Positions 37,413-50,556 of a DNA stretch of 64,000 nt are shown piece by piece (within the stretch, counting starts at the first letter, position 1; every line of letters begins with the position of its first letter). Position numbers and translations under genes: made by a program. The notes below the pieces were generated by a model, which made no database searches, was not told the origin of the DNA, and saw only the letters and a program-made list of their open reading frames with translations. Source of the stretch: Tubulanus polymorphus (Eukaryota; Animalia; Nemertea). Location: NCBI RefSeq assembly GCF_964204645.1, contig NC_134033.1, positions 7,510,655 through 7,574,654 on the forward strand, given 5' to 3'.

Positions 37413-37800
37413 CTTCAATGAGCAGAAATGCTGTGTAAATACACCCGTGAATAAACCAGGAAATGCGGTAGCGCGCGGTGTCTAGTGTATGGAGACGCAT
37501 CGGGGTCATTCACAAATATAATCAAAGAAACCAAAACTTTGATCTTTTGAAACAAAATGGCAACATTGCCACTGAAATATTATGAAATAAAATTTAACCT
37601 TGATCTCGATTGATTCGCATTTAAAATAAAAATCCACCATTCGGCGAATTCTGTCCACACTTGAATTTTAAAAATGTTCCTAATAGGCTACCATATTTCT
37701 TGGATCTATCCAAGAAACAATAGTTCATAGGTCGAGCCACGTTATTAGAGAGTTAGGCGAGAGTCAGACCTCTGCGTTTAGACCGGCCTGGAAGTAAATC
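37413..37800 (-). other. Candidate non-coding 5' exon / promoter region of the Mtl-like gene
   Basis: Coding exon 1 is preceded by a splice acceptor (ttgcagcag), so an upstream exon is expected. A strong AAG|GTAAG donor sits at 37412. The 5' boundary is a guess. Confidence 0.35.
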
Positions 37801-38287
37801 TAGACGTTTTTCCAGCTAAAATTGTGTGAAAGTGTTTGAACAACACCCAAATCTTTATAGTACTAGCAGTCCGGGTCTATTTTGATTTCACAGAAACGCA
37901 TTTATACAAAAAGAACGGCAATTTGCTTCGATTTTGGTATATTTTCGATTATTTCACAAAAACAAGAGTTCAGCATTCTATGAAATTTTCAGATTGTAAA
38001 ATAGATACTATATGACACCTCCGATAAAAAAATCAGATCTCAGGACCATCTAGATAAAAAGTGTGCCACCCGTTTTACTGAAAGTTTTCGCGATAGGCAA
38101 ATGCATTGGAAGCATGACGTCATCAGCTAGTGATAGCAAAAGCGAACCATAGGTTCGTTAATTAAATAAAGAATGAATTCTGACCATTTCAGCTTGCGAG
38201 AATATAATAAAACACGCCACAGACGACAACTGTTCACACGCTCAAACATGAAACTCCAAAAAATTACCATACGTGTCAGTTCGCATA

Positions 38288-38422
38288 GCATTTTGGATAT
38301 TTTCGTAGCCTACATAGTCCAATAGCTAACTATTGTGAAGGCAACTTTTTTAATTTCAGCATTTTGGATATGTTGTAGGCCTACCTAGACCAACGGCTAA
38401 ATTTTGTGAAGGCAACTTTTTG
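38288..38422 (+). repeat. ~71-bp tandem duplication
   Basis: agcattttggata...ttgtgaaggcaactttt occurs twice. Confidence 0.75.
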
Positions 38423-41164
38423 TATTTCGACACAATTTCAGTTATGAGGTCATTTTCGCTTTCATGTCACTGAAAACCAGATTTCCTAGTGCCTAATTCG
38501 GCCACTAGGTGATGCACCAACCAATTCTTTGCACTCCAGAACTAGACCCTTCGTTTACGATTGACTTATATAAGCATTGAGAAACTGCAAAGGATTTGTT
38601 TTTTTGGGTACATAATAATAGCGGCGTATTGAAAAAACAGTGTTCTTCAGTCTGTTCATAAACATAACAGCTAGAAAGCATGTTCGTTACTCGCCTATAC
38701 ACAAACTTGGTCTTATGGTAACAGAAAAAAATAGTGTGAGGATGAGACGAAAGAGTCTTTTTTATTTTTCTAACTTATCAGAGAATTCAGTTGTAAATGA
38801 TAAATATACGCAAATGATGAATGTAGACGGCAGCAATTCTATGGCTACCATCTTTGTGGTAAAAAATGTTGTTCGCTTTCATTGTTGGCGTTGATTCCAA
38901 AGTATTGATTTCACCGAAAATTGATTGACATTGGAAAAGTTGACTAATCTAATTGAAATGTAGAAGAAATTGAAGCGCAATAACCCAGTGCCACTAGCGT
39001 TCCTGACGGATTATCGTCGAATCTTAGCTCCCCTCAGTGGCCTTGCTGGTATCCCTTTCCACGACATTTTTGCATGTTGATAGAGAAACCTTTGATGAAT
39101 AACCTAATAATTATGAATATGAATTTGATTCACTCAAAATAATTTCATTTCTCACCCGCCGCTAAATATATGGAGAGTAAATGTAATAAATTGGCATTTA
39201 TATTGTTATATACTGATAAGGGAAATTTGTGCATGTAGTTGCATTCTGTGTGGCGCCATTTTGAACGGGTCACGTGATCTACTTGTAGGGAGCCCACGAG
39301 TTGGTGTCAATGTGAGCGCGCTCACGCCCAGTCAATAAGACCGATAGTTGATCTGAGTGCAATCTACGATAGTCGCCGATAGTTGAGTCGCGTCGTAAGG
39401 TCGATCTGAGTATTCCATTCATTTAATGAATGGAATAAGCATTTGAAATAAAACAAAAGAAAATTTACCAAACCACCCTTCCCCCACTCAATCCTGCCCC
39501 ATGGGCCGTGAAGACTTATGGACGAAAATTGCACTCATTTTTATGTTAGAATATCATAATCTTCGATAAGAATAATCACACTTCAGAATAATCAGAAAGT
39601 TATTGATTTTTTGAAAAATACGGTCTACGCACGAGGCGCTGTAATCGCACACGCAGCGAAAGAGTTAAGCATCAGATGTTGTAGGAGAACCCATACGTAC
39701 ATCGCCTGGTATTCGGACTACCTCCGATCACACGCCACAATTGGTTCCTGTTGGCATAAAACATCCAGACTGGGATCATATACATACATGCCAACATTGG
39801 GATTACCACTATCAGTATCTTTGGTTAAAAGTTCAGTTTTTTTTTCAGTATTTTGTAGGTCCCATTTTCAGTAAAACTTTCTTTAGCAAAATTTTCAGTA
39901 TTTTAATATCTCAATCAGTATTTTCTCATTTTTACCTTAAGAATCATCAGTACTCAGTTCATTAGATCAGTAGCATTTCGTAAAAAGGGTAGAATGGTCT
40001 GGACAGCTAGGGTTAGGGTTGGCATCCTTTCTCGAAATTAACATGCGGAAATAGCTGGCTGTAATTGTCTTATTACTCTAAACACGCAGTTCTTTAGTGG
40101 TACTGGAATGTCTGAATCCCCACCCTTGCACTTTCTTGACACTAAACTTAAATTCACAAAAATTCTTACTTTCACAATCTTTAAAAGCGCCATCAAAGCT
40201 GCATCGGACTAATGGATCAGACATGTTCAAATAGGGACTGCAAACAGGACTTCACCAACAGTAAATTTTGAATTGAATCGAATGTCATTTTTCTCAAACC
40301 TCGGCCAATATTAGTTCAATGCAATCATAATATCATCAATGAAACTTAACTATTGTAGTTATGTATACAAAATCATAGTTTTAAAATTATATGAGATTTT
40401 TTGGTGAAAAAATCGTATTTTGCTGACTTGAAGAGAAAAACATGTACTTAAACATTATTGACTGTACTGCTGTACTGATAAACTTTTTAAGTGAAAAAAA
40501 ATGTGACGAATCGTATGGGTTGGCATGTATGCAGACCATGTGTGAATTGGCATGTCTGAATTCCCACCCTTGCTCTTTCTCGACATATTAACACGTTCAC
40601 TGCCGCTGACGAGATAAATCGTCATGGTGGGTGCACTGCAGTTTACCATGACGTGTTATATCGTCATCGATTCAATGCCATTTCATAGCGTTACGAATGA
40701 CCTGGCAGAGGCGAGAAACCAGCTAAAAATTGTCAAGCAGTATGGAGAGACTAAGATATTATTTATGGGGGTAACTCAAGTCTGGTGCACACTTGAAATA
40801 AATTTTTTTCATAAAAATCATCAGAAAGCAAAGAATTTTAGCTTCTTTTCCGGCCAATATTTAGAGAGCATATAACGACTAAAATCATTCTATATCATTC
40901 TTACAATGAAACTTTTATTCTTTTAGATTTCTATTTGATTTTTCACACTTTTCACTAGCAATGGGGACAAGAGAAAATAGAGAATCTCTTCACCATTGCA
41001 TCTTCTCATTAATTTTTTCACTAAAATAGATCATTGTATTGATTTATGAATGTACACAAATAGTGCAAATAAGAAAGTTTGCTAACCGCCATGAGCCCAT
41101 GGCCATCAGCCCTCAGCAATAATTGTAGCCTTCTTCAACTAATTATATGTGATAGAATTGTGCG

Positions 41165-41230
41165 TGTCTCTATGGCGTAGATGGTAGAGTGTCCACCTCG
41201 TAGTCCGTAGGTTCCGGGATCAATTCTCAC
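41165..41230 (+). mobile_element. tRNA-derived SINE head (degenerate)
   Basis: A-box-like TGGCGTAGATGG and degenerate B-box GGGATCAATTC at tRNA-like spacing. Confidence 0.5.
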
Positions 41231-41398
41231 AATAGAAATGCTGCACGGATTAGTGGGCCGAGTTCGTCGGTGGGCCGAGTCAGTAGTCTGACTCGGAAAT
41301 AGGACAAGTTGGCAATGGACTGAGATGGCGGTGATTCATGCAAATTACTGAATGACAAATCAATGTTCTAGGTTCAGAATATCTCACGGAATCCAATG

Positions 41399-41817
41399 CA
41401 GTGATTCATTTTATGATATCTTCACTAGAAAGTAGATTTTTGCTCCGTTATTCATCTCAGAATTGTAACAACCTTTCAATAGGACACCACATTGGATTGG
41501 TAAATCTAAAGTGAAGATTTGTCTAAATTATTTGCTGAAATGATGTGAGGGTAATCAGTGCATAAAACTATTGTTGTCAACTGTCACTTGGGTTATTAAT
41601 GCTAGCCAAATTGTCTGATATGTTTGTTGAAATTGACAAGAAATTTAATTTTTCTTCCTCAAATTGAGTGGGTTATGAAACATTGTTTCAGCAAATATTC
41701 TAAAACAAATCTTCACTTTAGATACACCCATCCAATATGGCGCCTGGTTCAAAAAATGAGACAAAATCCAGGCTAAAAATCTACTTTCTAGTGAAGATAT
41801 CAAAACATAAGCCACTG
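41399..41817. mobile_element. Palindromic MITE family, copy 1 (copy 2 at ~49777-50225)
   Basis: Inverted arms tgatatcttcactagaaagtagattttt / aaaaatctactttctagtgaagatatca. Collinear second copy. Confidence 0.75.
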
Positions 41818-43677
41818 TACTGTATTGCTGATCACAAGGGCTCGTATCAGAGTTGTAGGTAATGTAAAAATTCATTCAGATGGAAGTAAACTATTGTTTG
41901 TGCATAAATTTGTAATCCTAAGTAGCTTTTGACGATCGTAGTAACTCAAAACTTTTGACAAGTCGCCTCAAAAAATAGTTGAAGTGAAGCAACATTACAG
42001 ATATGACGGCTTTTCGTGTTGCATGATGGGATTGTAAATTACGGATTCGGACCTGAACTTGGCCTGACATTGATGCCAATGCATATATTATTCTTTTTTC
42101 AAATTCTTAGGGTAAAATTGACCAACATTTATGCGTTTTATCAACAAAAAATAACATTTAGAGTAATTTTTGAGAGACATATTGAATTTTAAAATTTTAT
42201 TAATTTAGTCCGTATTGGAAATCCCGATTGTGGCAATCAAATCAATTCAAATCAAATCAATAAACTCTCCGGTTCACAATTTAAATCATCAACAAGAGGC
42301 CCAAAGGCCTTATACCTTCATGACACAGTAGAAGAAGAAGGATTCAGTATTCAAAAGTTTACAGAAAGATTTACATTGTAACGATGTAACAAGTCTTAAA
42401 ATAGTTAAGATGGTAGGCCTACAGGCTATGTGGCGAAAATGTTCATTTTCTGTTAATATATCCTTACATGAAAAGATAAGCCCATTTCAGCTGCCCCAAA
42501 GATCACACTACATGAAATTAATTGCCCATAGGCAAAGTGTGATTAACCTTGACAGCTAAAAGTTGCTTGGAGTAAGGGCATTGCTTGAAAATTCTTTTTA
42601 ATTCGTGACTTCAAAGTTCTAGAAGTTTATATTGTATTCTATCTTTCTTAAAGAATTATTTCGTAGTCAAAAGACCAAAGATAAACTTTCATTTATGGTC
42701 TACGTCCAAAATTTCACAGGTTACAGGTAGGCGCGGCAGGGAAATTATTTTATATTTTCAAAAAATATTATTCACAATATGAAAAAATAATCAAATAAAA
42801 TTCATATGATGTCACATATCAGAGGGTACTTGAATATTGAGTGTTGGGAACGAAACCGTTTCCAATGTATGGCCGCGGAAGCTAAAACACCGGGCCGTAG
42901 TATTAGATCGTTTTAAATCCTGGAATTTACCACCACAATATTCAGACCTCAACCTATACCTATAGTTTGCTGCTTAGTATTTTCAGGTCACAAGAAATTA
43001 CAATTTATTACAAATTCTATCAAACAGAAAACACAGCGCTCATCTTCTGCTATGACGCCAAGAAGCGTTACAGCATCACCATATAGTAGTCTGTATGAGC
43101 GTGTGCAACAGTCTAATGTTTAGCACTTCCGCGCACGTGGAGGCCTTGTGTAGTGAATGTTCGCTTCACTTCAATCTCAATCAACACAATCACCAAGTAG
43201 GGTAACTCCACGTAATTTCGGAAGACCACATAAATTCTGAAGCTTTCTTCTACAGCATCTCCGCGGTCCCGGAAGGGAATACCTCGCCGGATTAGGCCAA
43301 ATTAGATATAGGGGAGGTAGGTTGGTATTTCCTGGGAATTCCACGCCATTAAAATGAAACAATACCTATGGCGAAATGTGAAATAATTGTATTCTCACCA
43401 GCAATGAGCAATGTTCGCCATTTATGGCTTTCCCATAATTATTTTAGTAGCGCCGGAATTCCCTGTATATCCCCAAAACAGCCAAATCACATTCGCTCGT
43501 AGAGACGACGCCCCCAATCAAGGTCATTGCAATTTTATACGCGACAGCTAAGAATTTTCCTGCCAAAAACAGTTTTTCGTCGAATTTAAACTATGTTGAC
43601 CACATGTCTTCGACGGAGGTTCGTCATGTCTTCAATCGTATCCATTATATGTTGTTTAACCCGAGAACCAATAAAAA

Positions 43678-46600
43678 CTAGGGGTCCAGGGACACCATGC
43701 CCACTTGGGAAATGGTTTCAAATGCTCAACATCTAACAATTTCTATACATAACGCCCCGTGTGACCATATACAAAAACCAATGACCTAGAAACCAACCAC
43801 AATCATAGTACATGTCGGCAGCTATGATTTTGTAATTGATTGTGATAACAAAATATGCCTCGTTACCAATTTAATATGGAAACACTAAGTTATTCTACTA
43901 TTCAACGCCCCCTGGTGACCATATGCGAAACCCAATGGCCTTAAAACTCACCACAGTCGTAGGACATGTCATGAAACACAACTTTGCAATTGATCATGGT
44001 AATGTAACAAAATTTCATTTCTCAAGACAGATACCTCTATCCCCTTGTTTATTAGCGACCGTACAGAAGATACATTTCCCCTTACTCCAACTCCGGCGAT
44101 AACCCGCGGCTCCTTAGTCCCGAAATTGTTCCCGGTGGTAAATAGTACCGCCGCCGTATTTATCTCGCCTTTTACACACGAAATAATTATCGAAAGCTAT
44201 CATGTACGATACCGTTTGAAAGAGGATTATAAAGTCTTGACTCGGTGAAAGCATCTACTAATGTCATCGTTTTTAGGCGACACGAGTTGTAGTTTGGTAG
44301 ATGAACCGATTTCGCCGGTTTGTTTACTTCCGGTCCGGCCACATGGCCCGCTCGATAAGCGGGAGAGTTAAAGTTTCTACGAAGACGTCTTGTTACTGTC
44401 ACCATAACATATCACCTTAGTATTTATTCGCAGAAATTAAGTTCTTAGATAATTATCATTATTACAAACCTAGAAGATGATTTCGGCACCTTCGTGTCTT
44501 AAAACTAACGAGTATTCGACGGTTAAACCGGCGATCTCGAACGCAGTCACCCATGACGGCAGCCTTTCGGGACCTCACTTGACTTTACGACCGAACTATC
44601 TAATACGAATTTCATATCATCAGAAAGTACAAGTTCCAAGCTTTTTAATGGTATGTTACTTCAATAAGAAGACAACGTAATTCAGCAGCAACGCGGCTGG
44701 GAAGAATCCTAGGAAGCACATCCGACGGGGCGGCCATTGTTGAGCGACCAGTGAAGCGACGCGGAGTGAAGATGCAACACGTCGGAGTCGGCAATATCAG
44801 AACATAAGGCGCGCAGTTTTCTCTTTCAGTCAGTTACTCGGAGAACGTCTTTTTAAGATATAAGTCGGTCCGGGGACAGCGCCGCCTGTCGGCGTTGCAG
44901 GTCTTGTGCCCGTTCGTCTCTGTTCCTTCTTTCTGAGTTAAAATTAAGGGCCTTAGGCCCACAGAATCCCCCTTACTGTAAATACGTTACTAGTCTTGAG
45001 CATTGCTCCTTGTTAAATATTAAGCTACGGCAAAATCATAGTACGATTTCCTTACTTATGGCCATTAAGCCATTGGGCATTACGTTCACCGTCCATACTT
45101 ATGTATTATTGACGGGCCCTGTGTTTCTCGTTTGTCCTTAGGAACGTCGAACTATAATCCGTTAATACTTATGTATTAAGTACGGATTCTTGATACTAGG
45201 TCTTGGGTTCTTGTGCTGATTCCTCCCCCGTTCATACTAAAGTATATAGAGACGGGTTTGACCATTATTTGCGCTTATAGCATTATTGAACTATTATTCT
45301 TCCTTCGTGTATGTGTGATGTAGGCCCTTAAGGCCAGCTTTTATGCGCGTATCTTTAAGTTTCAATAAATTTTATATAGGTAACCCTTATGGTGTTAAAA
45401 TGTTCGCGGTCTTTATGTTCGTTGTATAAGTTTGAAGCGTAACAGCAAGTGTCAATCGCATTATCTTTTCCCTTTGTAAGTACGTAAGCATTTGTGGAGT
45501 ATGAACCTGTCTTGTATTTGAGCATGACGTATGTCAGTTTCCGGTAGATAAATAAAAGCTGCTGTCGCAGCACGTAATGGTATTAACGATTTAGTAATAG
45601 TATGTTGGGTAGTAAAACCGTTGACTTGGTCGGAGCGTCCATGGTCTGTATAGAGGCTTACTCTCGGAAATGGTAGAGTCCAGCGGAACGTAGTGCAATC
45701 CCGTTCGGGTGACGGGCGGTTTCTGTTTATTCCGCTATCCAATTTAGGCTCAAGCGAGGAAATTCCACGTCGGGGGTGGGTGACGTGGTGTGTGATACGG
45801 TCGATTCAGGTTCATGTATAGCTACGAAGTCGTATGTTATTGGGTGAACAGAAGGGTGCGCATCGCTATCTGTAGGTTCTAACATAGGGTTGGGCCCGAT
45901 CCTTAGTTCCCGGAGGATAGTTTTCGAATCGACCCAGTCGTTACGTTCCTGGATCTATCAGCAATCTACACCCGGGGTTGCGGGAATTGCTTACTCGTGT
46001 GTTAGGTCGAGTTAAGCCTGAGAGTCATTTATTATTCTACACACAAACATAACTTCCTGTGGTGGTCGTAGACCCCTTCATAAACATCTTTCCCGTTGTT
46101 TACGCGACGCAGGCGGACCCTTTGAAACGGCGCCATTTTACATACATCGATTACATAAGTACACATTTACATATATACACTCTGAGGACATATAAGAGGA
46201 TCACGCTACCGCTATGATCGACCCTGGTGCGAGTGAGTGCACACGCTCGTCCGGTAAGTATGTTCAGGCCCTATGTGGATGGAGACATGCTAGAATTTTG
46301 ATGTATTCGAACTACGAAACGCTACAGTAACGAAATATGTCTAGGTACCAATCTAATAAGGAAATACTAAGCTATTCTACTATTCAACGCCCCCTGGTGT
46401 CTATATGGAATAAGTAATGTCCTTCAAAACTCACCACAATCATAGACAATGTCATGAACTACAACTTTGCAATTGATTATGGTAAGAAAATATGCCTGGG
46501 TACTAATCTAATAAGGAAATACTAAGTTATTCTACTATTCAACGCCCCCTGGTGACCATATACATTAACTAATGTCCTTTTAAACTCACCATAATCATGG

Positions 46601-47435
46601 AAGATGTCATGAGCTACAACTTTGCAATTGATTGTGGGAACAAATATGCATAGGTACAAATATAATATAGAAATACTAAGTTATTGTATTATTCAACGCC
46701 CCCCTGGTGGCCACATACAAAAACCAATGACCTTGAAACTCACCAATTTCATAGAACACGTTATGGGCTACAACTTTCCAATTGAACATAGTAACACATT
46801 ATGCTTAGGTATCAATTTAATGTGGAAAAACTTTTTCCCACCTACGAATGAGTACTGATGACACCAAGATGGCCGCCAATTGCGTCATAATTGGCTGATC
46901 AAAAATACCTGTCTCAGGTATAAAACATCCCTTTCCAAAGAATACCCATCACAAATTGCAATGAGAAATGGCAAACCAGTAGGAAGCTACAGGACCTAGA
47001 ATTCTGGCCAAAATTGGCATTTTTGGGCACTAAAAAGGTCATAGGACGGCCATCTTGAGTCAGATCGACCCAATTTTTCTTATGCTGATGGGCCCTTCGT
47101 AGATTCAAATATAAATCAAAGATCAAGGTAATTGATCAAAGTGTCTTCAAAATTTCCCTCGAAAACTTCGAAATTGTGTAAAAAGTGCTGATTTTGGCGA
47201 GCAACAATGGCTGCCAGTCGGCCATCTTGAATCTGACAGGGCCAGTTTTTGGGCTGAAGATGTGTCTAGGGTAGATACATGTATAAACCAAATATCGAGA
47301 CATTACCTTGAAGCATCTTCAAAACTTCCCAAAATAACTGTATTCCGTCTACAGACGGACGAACGCTACGACGAACGGACGGATGGACGAAAAGTGAATG
47401 CAATAGCCCGCGGGGACTAAAGTCCCAAGTGGGCT
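43678..47435 (-). mobile_element. HINE copy 3, complete, carrying a nested solo LTR
   Basis: Perfect 12-bp subTIRs (43699-43710 and 47423-47434), hairpins at both ends, (GGAC/GAAC)n microsatellite. Inserted in an A/T run with no TSD; the empty site is visible at 2761-2772. Confidence 0.85.
44003..46326. mobile_element. 2,324-bp solo LTR (TGT...ACA) with 4-bp GTAA TSD
   Basis: catg-GTAA-[tgtaac...gctaca]-GTAA-cgaaatatg versus uninterrupted units catggtaacaaaatatg. No coding capacity recognised. Confidence 0.75.
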
Positions 47436-49206
47436 AAAAATGCTCACATGAAAAAACGTACCACGATTTTACATGAATTGGCTCAATGCCAACCCCATAC
47501 TGCTGACAAAGGTTAACCAAAAATGAAAAATGCATTAAGAATAGGTGTAGGCGTCGTGCTAAAAAGGAAGCCAAGTTGGATGGCAACTTTGGTGGCCATA
47601 CTTGAACTCAATTTTAAATAAGGGGTAGACATTTCACCTATGCGCGAAGAATTGCAGGCTGTTTCGTGCTAGAAATTCAAGATGGCTGACCCGATGGCCA
47701 TATTTGAAAGCCGATGACCTCCATATACAAAAGGCTTGGACAGCTTACCTACCCGATCCTAACACCAAATTTTGCGGAAATTCATCAAAAATTGCAGGCT
47801 GCATCGTGCAAAAAAATATTCATCTGGCCACCCCAATGGCAGCCATATTTGATCACCAAGAACATTTTTTACAATAGGGGTGGACATCTCGCCAGACTCA
47901 ATCTTCATGCTAATTTTCAAAAAGATTCATCGCAAATTACTGGAGAATTACTGTATCAAATTCAATTCAATTCCAGAGGGCCTGGCTTAGGCCTATGCAG
48001 GGAGGAGTCAATTCAGATTAGACTTTTTGAAAAACCTGCACAGATGCCTATTCAAATCACATGTAATTAAAAAATTCAGTGCTTCTTAGATTGATGTCCC
48101 TGTTTGCATCTTTGTTAAAACTATTGTTTACATCGAACGTCTTCAACAGCTGATACGACCGCACCCGCGTCTGTCAATCATCTTAATTGATTCATATACT
48201 AAAATGCTCACTATGAAAAAACTATGCGGTGAATCAATCCGGAATTTTTCAGTAGAATGTCAGACACTAGGTACCTTTCTTTAAAGGTTTATTTGTTGTA
48301 TATCATTAACAATCAGTTATATAATACTTTATTCATAACTTTGAAGCTGCGCGCCAGTAGCGAACGCTCAAGCAAGGTCAGTCATGTAGGCCAACGATAA
48401 CACGAAACGGACCACAGTTTTCCCGGTTAAGAGCGTCTCTCCACATAAAATAGAGGGACTGTAATGGACCATTTGTTGACATTAACCTTTAATAAACTTC
48501 GTATGGATACAATCAAGATAATTTCATCCTATAATTCCACTTTTCGCGCAGCTTAAACGTGGCGCCGCCATACTCTAGTCACGATGTATCTCTATACACA
48601 TCAAAATCACACTTGAATTACAAGTGTTGACTTATGAGAAACAATCGAAATCTAGCAATTTGATTGGGAAAATAGCAGCAATATAGGCCTAGTTGAAAAA
48701 AGTTGATAAACCACCTCCGACTGTTTAATCATTTAAAAGCTTTGCCTTCATATGGAATGATTTCCGCCTTATCACAGGTGCACTCTGCTGCCGTGATTCG
48801 CCCATTCAACGATAAAAACTTTCCCACGGTCTTACTATCGGCATTTTCTAATAATTTAGGGAAATATTTTTAAAAAGCGAAATTTCACACTGCATTAATA
48901 AGATTAAAGTATTTATTCGTTTGACAAATCTTCCTCTGAACTCCCACCAATAAGTTATAAGTGGTGACACGAAAATGACGTCATGACATTGACGAAATGA
49001 CAACTCACTACCAGCTTATAACCTTTATGACGTAGTCATGACACGTTTTCAAAGTCAACAAGGTAACTAATTTATTCATTTGAGTACAAAGGTTTGATTT
49101 GACACTTAAATCAGTTGTTGCATTGCAATTAACAGGAGTTAACCTCTATATGATGCTTTTGCGTCAGACGTTGTAGGGAACCATGGAACCGGTAACAACG
49201 ACTGGC

Positions 49207-49399
49207 ATGCAATTAAATCTAGTCCTTCTACTGATGTTTTTAAATCGCAACTTAAAACCCATTTGTTCACTAAAGCTTTTAACTAATGATGTAAATTGTT
49301 TTTTCTATCTTTATGTTTAAATTGTGTCTTTATATTGTAAAGCAAATGAGCATATTTTATATGGATTTTAGGCTCAATAAATTATTAATTATTATTATT
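49207..49399 (+). pseudogene. L2-clade LINE 3' end
   Basis: IKSSPSTDVFKSQLKTHLFTKAFN-stop, then a tgtaaagc..tgag tail and (TTA)n. Confidence 0.75.
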
Positions 49400-50232
49400 C
49401 AGACTACCTGTGTTGCTGATGACATTTTAAATCTAAAACAGTGATATGAACCATTTATGAGAGGTGTGGATCTACACATTACCGAATAATGTGGCATCTA
49501 GGCAAATCTATTATCCGCTTCCAATCATGAAACTGAATGTCGGTGTCAGTGCCAGTTTGATTTGAGGTAGTCGGTTAGTCCGCAATAATGGCAGGGTGAA
49601 CAGGATTGAGCCTGGTCACTATAGTTCAGATCTAGCTAGTTTCAAGATAGCCGACTTTATGACCGAACAATAGTGTGTTCGGGGTAAAAGTGCAGATCCG
49701 CACCTCTCGTGATTGACGCAATCTACTGAATTACAAATCACTGTTCTAACTTCAGAATGTCTCACAGAATGCAATGCAGTGATTTATTTTATGATTTCTC
49801 TTCTAGAAAGCAGATTTTTGGCCCGGTTTTTATCTCAGAATCGTGACGATCTTTCGATAGGACACCATATTGGATTAGGAAATCTAAAGTGAAGATCTGC
49901 CTTAAGTTATTACTGAAACGATGTGAGGGTAATCAGTAAGCCTCCATAAAACTAATCAAATTTTTGTCAACTGTCACTGAGGTTATTAATGCTAACCAAA
50001 TTTCAAGATATCATCGTTGAAATAGACAAGAAATTTATATTTTTCTTCCTCAAAATGAGTGGGTCATGAAACATTGTTTCAGCAAATATTCTAAACAAAT
50101 CTTCACTTTAGATTGACCCATCCAATATGGCGTCTGGTTCAATAATCGTGACGATCTCGAGACAAAAGCCGGTAATCCAGGCTAAAATGTACTTTCTAGT
50201 GTAGATACCATAAAATAAAGCAGTGTACCGAA

Positions 50233-50556
50233 CATCCTCGCTTGCCAGGGGTCCGGTATCGCTCCCGAACTCGCTTCCACCAGCCCCCTGGCCTCACGAA
50301 GCGTGATTTCATTACTGGCGCTGTTGCGCATGACGTCATATATCAACACGTCACAATACTTCCGCGTTCGCTACGTGTTCGCTGATTGGTCCATTTAGCC
50401 TACCGGGAAATTCCATAGATGCCTAATGTCGTTTGTAACAAGCACTGTGATTGGCCCGACCTGATTCTGGTCGGCTAGTAGCCTAACGACTCCAACGACT
50501 CGTGAGGTCAAGGGGCTTTAGCAGAGTGGGTTTGAATCCCTTGACGGGTGAAGATG
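50233..50556. mobile_element. TIR element with 9-bp TSD
   Basis: tgtaccgaa / tgtactgaa flanks. 19-bp imperfect TIR catcctcgcttgccagggg. The paralogous site near 41815 is empty. Confidence 0.7.

Noticed and set aside
41165-41230. Functional tRNA gene (also B-box hits at ~1425 and ~11177)
   Set aside because: No complete cloverleaf could be built. Better explained as SINE remnants.
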